Virus record (IMG/VR): IMGVR_UViG_3300027743_000008 | Coordinates: 1 to 50,230 of that record | Reading direction: 5' to 3' (one strand) | From: a virus | Taxonomy: Duplodnaviria; Caudoviricetes | DNA: 50,230 nt | In this document: positions 40,265 to 49,139 of the stretch, in pieces | Layout: the number at the start of each line of letters is the position of its first letter | Numbering within the stretch: position 1 is the first letter of the stretch | Notes under the pieces: generated by a model | The model's input: only the letters and a program-made list of their open reading frames with translations | Told to the model about the DNA's origin: nothing | Database searches by the model: none | Translations under genes and position numbers: made by a program

Positions 40265-41865
40265 CAGATCCTCCCGTTGATGATGTAGGTCGCCGCCATA
40301 GCGGCGTAGGTGGTGCCGGTGCAGGTCCGCAGGTCGCGCAGCGTGTAGTTGTTGTACGGGGCGGTGCCGCCAGCGATCAGCGACAGCGTGCCGCTGGCCG
40401 GGAACAGCGTGCCGGTGCCGTTGATCGCCGAGGCCGCCGCACCGTAGCGCGGTGGCACCGGGACGATGTGGTTGGCGAGGAAGTTCGAACCGTTCGAGCC
40501 GACGCCGTTCCAGATCCCGTAGAACGACTGCCAGTACCGCTGGCACCGTTTCAATTCGTCGGCCTCGTCCGGCATCTGCCACGGCGGCGCGAGGCCGGTG
40601 TTGCTGGGATCGGCGTAGAGGCCGACGTCGGCGATGTAGAACACGCCAAGCGCCGCAGCGCCATTGGTGGCGGTGGCAAGAGCGATCTTGTTCCCGGCCT
40701 GCCATCCGGCAACGCCTTGGCTGGTCGTCCCACCAGCGAAGCAGAACGCCACGTTGAGGCCGCGTGTGGTGTCGGATGCCCACGTCCCGGTCACGTCGCC
40801 GGGGATGACGATGCTGTATTGCTGCCAGCCAGCCGCCGTGACGTTGATCGGAGCAAGGTAGGAACGGTCCAGAGCGCCGTTCCTGATGGCGACCGTATAG
40901 GTGCCGATGGGGGCTGTCAGCCAGAAGCGCAACACCACCTGGTCTGCGTAAGCACTGCCCCAGTTGAGGTCGGCGACACGGACGCCCTCGACAGACTGGT
41001 GGATGCCGATCTGGTCGGCAGCGGCCAGCGATGGCTTGGCGGTGGTGACCTGAACGTAGACGCACCTGTTGCTGCCGTTCGGCAACCGCGCACCCGACGC
41101 GATGCGGGCGCACGCGCCGGTGATGCCGGTGTTGAAATAGGCCCACTGGTCGGCGGGGTACTCGTCGGTTGGGACGACCGTGTCGCCGTTCTCCTGACTG
41201 ATCTGAAATGCCGGGTTGACGAGGCGGTTGAAGGCATCGGCGGTCTTCGCCGCCGTGATCGCCGACTTGACGAATGCCGTCGTGGCGACCGACGTGTCGT
41301 TGTCGCCAGCGGCTGGCGTAGACCCGAGTGTCATGGTGCCGGAAACCGACACGTCGCCAGCCGGAGTGACAATCACCTGCCCGACCGCACTGTTGTAGGC
41401 TGTCGGGCGCAGATAGACGCCGGTCGAAGTGCCGCCCGTGTTGGGGCCGAGAACGGCGGCGGTCGGAGCGCCGACGAAGCTTCCCGCTCCGGCTGCGACG
41501 GTCGAGCCTGATGCCAGCGCCGTCGCCGTCAACCCGCCGGTCATGGTGTCTCCGGCCTTGAGGACAAAGCCGCCGCCAGCGGCGTCGAACGTCGCCACGG
41601 CGTCCCAGTTGGCAACGTTGAATGCTGACGCGGTGATCGCAACCTTGGCCCGGTACATCACTCCGGCTTGGACGACGAAATCACCGATGGCATAGTCGGC
41701 AGCCGCGCTGAAATAGCGCACGGCGACGAGGTCCGTGGCGGCGTTGGAAGCGTTGATGACGCCGATCTGGCGGTCGGCGAAGTTCGTGTATATCTCGCCC
41801 GGCTGGCGACCCGTGGGCCGGGAACCCTTAACGCTCGATCTGAGCGATTGTACTCTTTCCGGCAT
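40264..41865 (-). CDS. Tail fibre protein
   Basis: LKAGDTMTG, DTSVATTAFV, NRLVNP.F.I.Q and DEL.RCQRYW fibre motifs. Confidence 0.85.
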   Translation of the reverse strand: MPERVQSLRSSVKGSRPTGRQPGEIYTNFADRQIGVINASNAATDLVAVRYFSAAADYAIGDFVVQAGVMYRAKVAITASAFNVANWDAVATFDAAGGGFVLKAGDTMTGGLTATALASGSTVAAGAGSFVGAPTAAVLGPNTGGTSTGVYLRPTAYNSAVGQVIVTPAGDVSVSGTMTLGSTPAAGDNDTSVATTAFVKSAITAAKTADAFNRLVNPAFQISQENGDTVVPTDEYPADQWAYFNTGITGACARIASGARLPNGSNRCVYVQVTTAKPSLAAADQIGIHQSVEGVRVADLNWGSAYADQVVLRFWLTAPIGTYTVAIRNGALDRSYLAPINVTAAGWQQYSIVIPGDVTGTWASDTTRGLNVAFCFAGGTTSQGVAGWQAGNKIALATATNGAAALGVFYIADVGLYADPSNTGLAPPWQMPDEADELKRCQRYWQSFYGIWNGVGSNGSNFLANHIVPVPPRYGAAASAINGTGTLFPASGTLSLIAGGTAPYNNYTLRDLRTCTGTTYAAMAATYIINGRI

Positions 41866-41900
41866 CTGCCGTGTCTCCCCGGCTCATCTGGCCGTGTCTC

Positions 41901-42569
41901 TCAATAGGTGCCGCAGTCGATTGACAGCTCGACCCATGCGCGGTCCTTGCGCACGTACCGTACACCATCCAACGGCACATCGGAAATCGAACCTCCGGTG
42001 GCGGCGTCGACGTAGGCTTTGGTCGCCGCTTGCAGGGGCGCAGACGGGTCGCCCGGCAGCACAAGGGGCCCGGTCATGGTGTCTCCAGCCTTCAGCACGC
42101 GCGCCGCGAGGTCGGAGAGCAATCCGGTGACCTCGGCCTGCGGGTGGGTATGAGCTGAAGGAGCGAACGTCGCCGGGATGCCGGTCAGCGAAGAGTAGCT
42201 ATGGGTGTGGACGAGCGGTGCCTTCCCGGCGAGGTCGGTTTCGAGGTTCGCCACCTCGCTCTGGACGTGGCTATGCACGCTCGGCGGAAAGGTCGCCGGT
42301 TTGCCGGTGATGTCGCTCCACGGATGGACGTGGGCGCTCGGCGGAAAGGTGGCGGGCTTTCCGGAGACGGAACTCCACGTCACCTCGGTCCAGCCAAGAG
42401 ACTGTCTCCCGTACTGTTTCGTGTCGTTCGGCGCTTCAGGCGTCCCCGCAGCCAGTATCCAGTCGGTGGAGTACTCGGCTCCCGGCACGACGGCTGCGAC
42501 GATCTCGTTGGCGTCGGGATCGGCCCACGGAATATGCAGGGCTTGGCGAAAAGCGTGGGTCGTCGTCAT
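41901..42569 (-). CDS. Tail fibre protein with H-x-H repeats
   Basis: Repeated KPATFPPSAH.H, KAGDTMTG.L.L..DP and AATK.YVD motifs. Confidence 0.82.
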   Translation of the reverse strand: MTTTHAFRQALHIPWADPDANEIVAAVVPGAEYSTDWILAAGTPEAPNDTKQYGRQSLGWTEVTWSSVSGKPATFPPSAHVHPWSDITGKPATFPPSVHSHVQSEVANLETDLAGKAPLVHTHSYSSLTGIPATFAPSAHTHPQAEVTGLLSDLAARVLKAGDTMTGPLVLPGDPSAPLQAATKAYVDAATGGSISDVPLDGVRYVRKDRAWVELSIDCGTY

Positions 42570-45568
42570 GCCACCAGTCTCCAAGTCGAGCCATCCCAGC
42601 TTTTGACTGGTTTCGGCACCCAGCTAGAGCCGTTCCAGACCTTAACAGATTTCTGCGCCCACGCGCTGCCGTTCCAGACGCCGACGCCCGCACCCGAGGT
42701 CTCGGCGTCGACGGAGACAGAGCCGACCAGCGCCGCAACAGACCAGCCAGCGGCGACAATCGTGGTGTTGGTCTTGCCCGACGCCACCGTCACGCCGTCG
42801 GCGGTCGCCGCGCTGACGCCGGTTGCGGCAACCGTGACGAGCTGCTTTGCCGCGACCGACGCAGTGCCGACCGTTGCAAGAGCCGACTGCCCGGAGGCGA
42901 CGACGCCGACGCTGCCTCCGGCCGACGCCGAGATGCCGCCGAGGACCGTTCCGGCGGTAACGCCGACAGCCGATGTCGTGATCGCCTGATTTGCCGTGAT
43001 CGACGCCGTGCCGACGACGGCTGCCGCTGCCGCACCGGAGGCGGCAACCGACGAGCGGACACTGACGGAGACAGCGCCCGGCAGAACCGTGGCGCTCGCG
43101 CCCGTCGTCGGCGTCGATACTTGTTGCTGCGCCGCGACCGTCACGGTCCCGGAGACAGCTGCCGCGCTCAGGGATGCTGGCGTGATGTCGATGCCGCCGC
43201 CGACGGCGATTGAGACACTGCCGTAAGCCGCAAAAGCGCCGACACCGACCGGCGTGACGCTGGCCACGCGCACGGTGGTGACAGAGACAGTGCCCGAAGC
43301 CGCCAGCGCCGTGGCCCCTGCGGCTGGGACACCAGCCCCTCCGGTGACGACGACACCACCGGCACCCGACGCCCCCGAGCCGAGGTCGAGGCCGACGAAG
43401 GAGGAGTTCACCCCGCCGGTCTGGAGACCTCCGGCGTAGTAGCTGTCGTAGATATTGACGATGCTGCTGGCGTAGGTGACCGGGCCGGGATTGCTCCACG
43501 TCTGCCCGTCGAACGCCGTCACCACCATCAGCAGGGCGTAGTAGCCGTTGGCTGCCAGCGTGTGCGGCGTGATCGCGGCCCACGCATAATCGCCGACCGC
43601 CACGCCGGTGTAGTCGATGGTCGCCGTGCGCTCGACAAGCCCCGAGAACCACTCGTAGAGCTTGAGCGTGTGCAGGCCGGTCTGGTTGGCGTGGCAGCGC
43701 CGCGCGCCGAGCCATGTGATCGGGATGCCCGACGTGCCGATGCCGAGGCGGACGCCGACCTCGCCGGTGAAGTCGTTGCGGTCGCTGCCCGGCGTGTATG
43801 AGGTGAGTATCGACGCCGACGGCGCGGTCGCTCCCGTCGAGGTGACGGCAGCGGCAGAAACGCCTGTCGGCGTAAAGCTGACGTTGACCCCGACCGAGAC
43901 CGTGGCGGTGCCGAGCGCCGTCACAGCCGTGACGCTTCCCGGCGTCGTGTCGACGGCACCGCCCGCGCTCACCGAGACATTGCCGTGCGCCGTTGCCGCC
44001 GCCTGACCTGTCGGGGTCGTGCTGATCGACGCTACCGCGCTGGCCGTCGCGACACCGAGAGCGGTTGCGGCAGTCCTGCCGACACTGGTGGCCGAGACGT
44101 TCCAGACGGTGCTGGCGGTCGCCGACCCGAGAATGGAGACAGCGGCTGCACCGGACGCCAGAGTGCTGATATTGGTCCTGCCGGTGGCGGTCGCAGCGCC
44201 CAGAACGGTCGTCGCCGAGACGCCGACGGCTTCGAAACTGACCGGCGCTATCGCGGAGACGGTGACGGTGCCGAGTGCGCTTGCGGCAGCCACGCCGGTC
44301 GCGGCGACGGAGACATCGCCCGTGGCGGCAGCCGCGATCTTGAACGCCCCGGCGATGACGACATGCCCGGAGGCAAGCGAAGCAGTGACAGTCAAATTGC
44401 CGGTTGCGCCCGTGCCGGTCCTGACCGCATCGAATACACCCAGCGAAGTATCAGCGCCCGTCGTAGTGACAGTTTCGAGGCGCTCGATCCACGCTGTCGT
44501 CGATGGCGCGGTCGTGGTGTCGGTCGCACCGGACGCCGTCAGCGGCGTGGTGACGTTGCCGAACGCGCTCCACGCGGCTTCCTGCCCGCCAGCCGCCATC
44601 GCGACGATGAGATCGTCGTCCTGTGTCGTCGTCAGGCCGGTGACGCTGACGGACAAAGTAGCCGCTGTGGTAGCCGCCGTCGAAGCATCGAGCGGTGTCG
44701 TCTGGGCATTGCCGCGATAAGCAACGATAGCGCCGCGTGCGACGGAGACACCAGCCGGGATATCAAATGTAAGGTCAGGAGCACCACTCCGCACCTGATA
44801 GAGCATCGTGCCGGAACCGATAGCGGAAGCAGCAGTCGTGCTGATGTTGTTGGTGGCTTGGGAGTTGACCTGCGTCCAGCCGGTGTTGGTAACGGCAGTC
44901 GTCGCGGTGCTGCGAGAAGCTATGCAGGCGACGAGCAGATCGCCGTCAGCAACGCCCGCAGGCTCGGTCAGCGTCAGCGGCGTGGCAGTTGCTTCGGCTG
45001 CGGTGCCGACGCCGACGATGGCCCACGGCCCGGAAGGCACAAGAAGCTGCGGCCTCAGGTTTGCCGCCGCCGCCATTGTATTGATACTGACGTGCTGGCT
45101 GCCTGTTGGAGGCGTGTTCAGTTGCTCGTTCCGTGAATGAACGACCAAGATGACCGCGCTCGAACGTGGCAGCAGTGCAGTGTCGAGATTGATGCTGATC
45201 CTGCCCGCAACCGTTGGGACCGCCACGGAGCCGAGGAGGGTCAGTGCGGAAAGGCTGCCACCAGCAATTTTGTTGGTGGCAACCGAACCCACCCGCACTT
45301 CAAACGTATCGCCAGCAGCATTGACCGTCGCGACGTTAAGCGACAACCGAACGGTTCGACCCGCCGGGATCGTCGTCGTGTCAAAAGTCGGGAAATATTG
45401 AGCGCACGTAAACCCGAGAGAAGAATTTTGCCCCAACGTCGCCGTAGCGGCGGGTGTTATCGACGCAACGGTCGAGTCTCTGGCGACTGAATAAGTCGCA
45501 TTGTTGAGCTGCGCCTGCTTGTCGGAAGTCGCGGTGACCGGGGCAACCGGAGTATCATAGACGGACAT
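42566..45568 (-). CDS. Large Ala/Thr/Val/Gly-rich tail fibre or adhesin-like protein
   Basis: 1000 aa, repeated beta-strand units (GV.A...LG..T..), C-terminal VWNGS.W repeats. Confidence 0.78.
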   Translation of the reverse strand: MSVYDTPVAPVTATSDKQAQLNNATYSVARDSTVASITPAATATLGQNSSLGFTCAQYFPTFDTTTIPAGRTVRLSLNVATVNAAGDTFEVRVGSVATNKIAGGSLSALTLLGSVAVPTVAGRISINLDTALLPRSSAVILVVHSRNEQLNTPPTGSQHVSINTMAAAANLRPQLLVPSGPWAIVGVGTAAEATATPLTLTEPAGVADGDLLVACIASRSTATTAVTNTGWTQVNSQATNNISTTAASAIGSGTMLYQVRSGAPDLTFDIPAGVSVARGAIVAYRGNAQTTPLDASTAATTAATLSVSVTGLTTTQDDDLIVAMAAGGQEAAWSAFGNVTTPLTASGATDTTTAPSTTAWIERLETVTTTGADTSLGVFDAVRTGTGATGNLTVTASLASGHVVIAGAFKIAAAATGDVSVAATGVAAASALGTVTVSAIAPVSFEAVGVSATTVLGAATATGRTNISTLASGAAAVSILGSATASTVWNVSATSVGRTAATALGVATASAVASISTTPTGQAAATAHGNVSVSAGGAVDTTPGSVTAVTALGTATVSVGVNVSFTPTGVSAAAVTSTGATAPSASILTSYTPGSDRNDFTGEVGVRLGIGTSGIPITWLGARRCHANQTGLHTLKLYEWFSGLVERTATIDYTGVAVGDYAWAAITPHTLAANGYYALLMVVTAFDGQTWSNPGPVTYASSIVNIYDSYYAGGLQTGGVNSSFVGLDLGSGASGAGGVVVTGGAGVPAAGATALAASGTVSVTTVRVASVTPVGVGAFAAYGSVSIAVGGGIDITPASLSAAAVSGTVTVAAQQQVSTPTTGASATVLPGAVSVSVRSSVAASGAAAAAVVGTASITANQAITTSAVGVTAGTVLGGISASAGGSVGVVASGQSALATVGTASVAAKQLVTVAATGVSAATADGVTVASGKTNTTIVAAGWSVAALVGSVSVDAETSGAGVGVWNGSAWAQKSVKVWNGSSWVPKPVKSWDGSTWRLVA

Positions 45569-45639
45569 CAGCGAGTTCCCTCGCCGACGCGAGTGACATC
45601 ATCGGTTGCCGATATCGGCGACAAGCGGCATTTCCTCGA

Positions 45640-46074
45640 TCAGGTGATGCGGACGATGGCGTTGCCAGCGGTCTGCGCCGGGAAGGTGATCGTGAAGTCC
45701 CCGGCGCTCGACACCTTGTCGGAGCCGAAGTCCAGCACGGCGACGCTCTTGAGGCCGTTGGTCGAATTGTAGATCTGAGCGCCCCGGGCGGTGATCGAGG
45801 ATGTCGCCCATGTGGTGGTGGCAAAGGAGACACAACCCTCGTTGGCGTTCAGCACGGGCGTGATGTTGGTCAGCGTGTTGCCCCCGGCGGTGTAGTTGGT
45901 GCCGCTCGACTGGTTGGCGAGGCCGCTCGAATAGACCGCCACGGTCGGGTCCAGCACCGCCGCCGCCAGATAGAGAGCGATCTTGAAGACATTGCCGGTG
46001 GTGACGGTGAAGTTGTGCTGCCCGAGCAGCACCTCGTTCTTGAATGCGTGGCTTACGCCTGCGGTGATGGCCAT
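45640..46074 (-). CDS. Conserved virion structural protein
   Basis: MAIT....FK.E.L.G.HNF...FKIALY...ITARGA.IYN...VLDFGSDK pattern. Confidence 0.78.
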   Translation of the reverse strand: MAITAGVSHAFKNEVLLGQHNFTVTTGNVFKIALYLAAAVLDPTVAVYSSGLANQSSGTNYTAGGNTLTNITPVLNANEGCVSFATTTWATSSITARGAQIYNSTNGLKSVAVLDFGSDKVSSAGDFTITFPAQTAGNAIVRIT

Positions 46075-46077
46075 GTG

Positions 46078-46368
46078 TCAGTCCCTCATGGTTAAGACGA
46101 GAGCGGCAGCTTCATGCATTCCCGCCTGCGTCAACTGGTGGATGATGGTGGTGTGGTTGGACAATACCGCGTTGCGAATGCCTGCCGCCAGCACCGCCCG
46201 GACGCTGTCCCGGTAGGCGAGCGCCTGATCGCGGATGGGGGCTGGCGCGTCGTTCGAAACGTGGATGATCTGCGCGGTGATGTCGTCCACCCAGAACGCC
46301 ACCGGGTGTCCTCCGCCGCTCGACGTGGTCACCTTGAACAGGCCCAGAGAAGTCCCGCTGCTGCTCAT
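46078..46368 (-). CDS. Conserved hypothetical phage protein
   Basis: VTT..GGH...FW...II.VS..AP..IRDQA.A pattern; ATGA coupling. Confidence 0.7.
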   Translation of the reverse strand: MSSSGTSLGLFKVTTSSGGGHPVAFWVDDITAQIIHVSNDAPAPIRDQALAYRDSVRAVLAAGIRNAVLSNHTTIIHQLTQAGMHEAAALVLTMRD

Positions 46369-47681
46369 GCCGTATCGATCCAGACATCGTTGACGGAGGG
46401 CGATGCCGGGGCCACGGAACCAATCGTGATATGCCCCCCGGTGACTTCGTCTTCGGCCGGAACGACAACGCCGCCGCCTCCGGCAGTTTCGAACCAAGTG
46501 ATGAAAATCCGGCTGTCGGCACCCGGAGCCGTGGTGAAGGTGATGACGGCACCGGCTGCGGTGTAAGAGGAAATCGGCTCCTGCACGACGCCGTCGAGGG
46601 AGACCAGAAGCTCCTCGGTCCGCTGGACGTCGACGACCTTGGAGCCGTCCTTGGCCCACAGCGGAAAGACGTTCAGCACTCCGTTCATGCCGGTCAAGGG
46701 TACGAGGCTCCACGCCTTCACGGTCCCCGGAGACAGCTTTTCGACCGGCACCAGCACGTCGATGGAGACCATGTCTCCAGCCCGAAGAGGGCGCAAAAGG
46801 GTGACGACAGAGGTGGTTTCGTCTACAACCCAGTCGCCATCGGTGGCGCTGACGGGTTTTGGCATGATGCGGATGCCATTTACTGAAACGTCAAGTTGTT
46901 CCGGGTATTCATCATCAAGAACAAAGGTTCGGCCGTCCAAAGCTGGCGTCGTCAGCGGGAACACGGTCTGGCCCGCGACGGCCCTGTACCAGAGGGTCAG
47001 CATCCCAGCCCTTTGCGGGTTGAGCATGACATCCCGTATCTCGTCGCCGATCAAACGGGCCTGATGCGCCCACCAGCGCGACGACCAGTGATCGCCCGTG
47101 ATGTCCATGATCTTGACGGCATTATCAGGGAGCGTGTCGGGCATGTGCTCGGCCCAAAGTGCGCTCGACAGCGCCCAAGCCTCTGCCTCAGCAGCCGCAT
47201 CGTCGAAGTCGGTGCGGGTTTCGGCAGCCTTTTCAAGGAGTTGCTCGGTTTCGTCGAGCCTGACATTGAGCAATTGAAGCTGGATAAAAGCGGTGTTTTT
47301 GGCCGCTAAGGCCCGGTCTCCGGCCACTAGGGCGACGCTTGAGGCCGATTTTGCCTCGATTTCGGCCAAAACAGCCCGTTTTTGGGCTGTTTCGGTGCTC
47401 TCGTAGAGGTCCAGCACCCTCCGGACGACCTCTTTGGTCATCTCCTCAAGCTTTTGCTCGAAAAAGCCGAGAACCTCGGGCTGGAAGCTGTCAAACGACA
47501 CGATTTCGTTGCGGAGAGCGCCATCCGACCGCAAAAGCCGGGAAACAGTGGCCTCAAGCTCGAAAATCCTCTGGTTCTGGGCGTCGAACGACGCATCCAG
47601 CATGTCTCCGGGCGGGGGTTCCCTAGGGTGATGCTGCGTCCAGTCGCTGAAGCTAAACGCGCGCCGGAGAATGCCCAGCAT
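46365..47681 (-). CDS. Tail fibre or fibre-anchor protein
   Basis: AAGGAG upstream; FSFSD...P..LD..F N-terminus, coiled coil, AGQTVF and LDGVVQ.P...Y....ITF..AP beta repeats. Confidence 0.72.
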   Translation of the reverse strand: MLGILRRAFSFSDWTQHHPREPPPGDMLDASFDAQNQRIFELEATVSRLLRSDGALRNEIVSFDSFQPEVLGFFEQKLEEMTKEVVRRVLDLYESTETAQKRAVLAEIEAKSASSVALVAGDRALAAKNTAFIQLQLLNVRLDETEQLLEKAAETRTDFDDAAAEAEAWALSSALWAEHMPDTLPDNAVKIMDITGDHWSSRWWAHQARLIGDEIRDVMLNPQRAGMLTLWYRAVAGQTVFPLTTPALDGRTFVLDDEYPEQLDVSVNGIRIMPKPVSATDGDWVVDETTSVVTLLRPLRAGDMVSIDVLVPVEKLSPGTVKAWSLVPLTGMNGVLNVFPLWAKDGSKVVDVQRTEELLVSLDGVVQEPISSYTAAGAVITFTTAPGADSRIFITWFETAGGGGVVVPAEDEVTGGHITIGSVAPASPSVNDVWIDTA

Positions 47682-47721
47682 TCGGCACTCCTTATATATG
47701 GAAGCAGCAGCAGGTCTTGGT

Positions 47722-47973
47722 CTAGCTTGGTTTGCTGGCCTTGTCGATCTCGGCATCAAGCTCGGAGAGGCTGAGTTCGGTGAGGGGCCTTTCGTTGGCG
47801 CGGGCGATCTCCTGAAGCCTTCCGATGTCGCCGAGGCTTTCAAGAAGGGTTCGGGCTGCGGCAGCTCGGGCGGCGGGTGCGGCAGCCTTGTCGTCGGCAA
47901 CCGCGAGGAGCGCCTGCGTCGCCACCCGACGGATTTCGTCCTTCACCGGGAGGGCTTTCGGTCTGGTCGGCAT
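47722..47973 (-). CDS. Small helical protein, terminase small subunit candidate
   Basis: AAGGAG upstream; AR.AAA.TLLE..G and ELSL.EL pattern; first gene of the late block. Confidence 0.5.
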   Translation of the reverse strand: MPTRPKALPVKDEIRRVATQALLAVADDKAAAPAARAAAARTLLESLGDIGRLQEIARANERPLTELSLSELDAEIDKASKPS

Positions 47974-48158
47974 GCTGTCTCCTTATGCTTAAAAAACAGG
48001 GGGGTATCCGGAGGTAAAATACCAGAATTTCAGGGACGTAAAAAAGCGAAAATTTCCGGGTTGAGGGGCAAACTCGCGCGGCGACCCGGCGCGGAGGCGG
48101 GGCAGGGGTCGGCCTCGGCAAGTGGGCTAAGTGCTTGATATCGCTACGCTTTCCGGCT

Positions 48159-48257
48159 TGTCTCCTGTCTCCTGTCTCCTGTTATAACATACGTTAAATT
48201 GCTCACTGAGCACTTGCTCCTAGCTGCCACGGAGACACGTCTCCCGTGTCTCCCGTG
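48159..48257. repeat. (TGTCTCC)x3 plus an inverted GGAGACACG/CGTGTCTCC arrangement
   Basis: Read directly at 48159-48179 and 48228-48257. Confidence 0.85.
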
Positions 48258-48299
48258 TGGTACTCTGATACCACATTTCACCCATCAAATCGTGAGCAA

Positions 48300-48722
48300 C
48301 TATGCGCCCGTTAGCTCTACCCACGCGCCGGGAGACAGCGCCCGGTTTCGCCATGCTTCGAATAAGCGTCCGCGATCAATCGGAGACAGCGGCAAAGCGA
48401 CGTCGAGCGGGAAACCGTCAGGCGCGTTGCCGGACCCTATCCGCGCCATAGCCTTGCGCGGGCGACGCAACGTCGCTTGCGTGACGTCGACGCCTGCGGC
48501 GCGTCGCGCCCATCTATGCCCGCCGTGCTTATGGCAGCATGCCGCGCCGTGGAGCGCGTCGAGCCGACAACGCTGGCCAGTGGCACGGGCGACGGCGACG
48601 CATTGGCGGCGGTTAGGATGGCCGTCTCCGAAACGGGACTGATAGCCGGGAAACGTGCTGTCGAGCGTAACCTTACGCATGGGAATGCGCCATGACGGCC
48701 GGTTTTTGCTTTTAGCTGCCAT
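48300..48722 (-). CDS. HGGxSTG-like Zn-binding protein
   Basis: RRQC.A....TG.RC...A..G...C..HGG; GGAGG upstream. Confidence 0.7.
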   Translation of the reverse strand: MAAKSKNRPSWRIPMRKVTLDSTFPGYQSRFGDGHPNRRQCVAVARATGQRCRLDALHGAACCHKHGGHRWARRAAGVDVTQATLRRPRKAMARIGSGNAPDGFPLDVALPLSPIDRGRLFEAWRNRALSPGAWVELTGA

Positions 48723-49083
48723 TGCAACCTCCCGGTTGCGCCCGACAGGGGCGCGGTTGTAGAGACAGTGCTTTGTGTCTCTTGTTTTGCATTGCTTTGA
48801 GTTTACTTGAAAGCGCGTTTTCGGCCTGTCTCCGGAGACACGAAACCGCGCAAAACGTGAGTTTCCACCTTGGAAAGAATACTACCGCTTTTCTGGTATG
48901 CGACAGCATCACTCTGGACGCGCCCGATTGTGAGAATAAAATTCTATGCCTTCCTTGCCACGGGGACGGCCCGTACAGAGGCACGGGCCTGCGGACTAGT
49001 TTGGATGCCTCCGGAAATGCAACCGCTCCGTAGGGCCTCCCCGTGGCCGGGAAATCGAAGTTCCATAATACCGGAACCGGCCC

Positions 49084-49115
49084 AAAAACAAAGGCCGCGC
49101 CATTGGCGCGGCCTT
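49084..49115 (-). terminator. Rho-independent terminator after the cobT-like gene
   Basis: AAGGCCGCGCCA-A-TGGCGCGGCCTT followed by TGTTTTT on the minus strand. Confidence 0.75.
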
Positions 49116-49139
49116 GTCAGGCGCGATAGGGCGCTGGCG

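Noticed and set aside
40264-45568. Diversity-generating retroelement acting on the fibres
   Set aside because: No reverse transcriptase and no template/variable repeat pair were seen.
17681-47774. Many long plus-strand ORFs opposite the late genes (e.g. 23290..25176, 30377..31738, 36834..38159)
   Set aside because: These are antisense shadow ORFs expected from high-GC codon bias. They have no recognisable motifs, unlike the nested HNH ORF.
48172-48199. dif-like Xer integration site
   Set aside because: Only the XerD-like arm (ATACGTTAAAT) resembles dif. The XerC arm position is occupied by TGTCTCC repeats.
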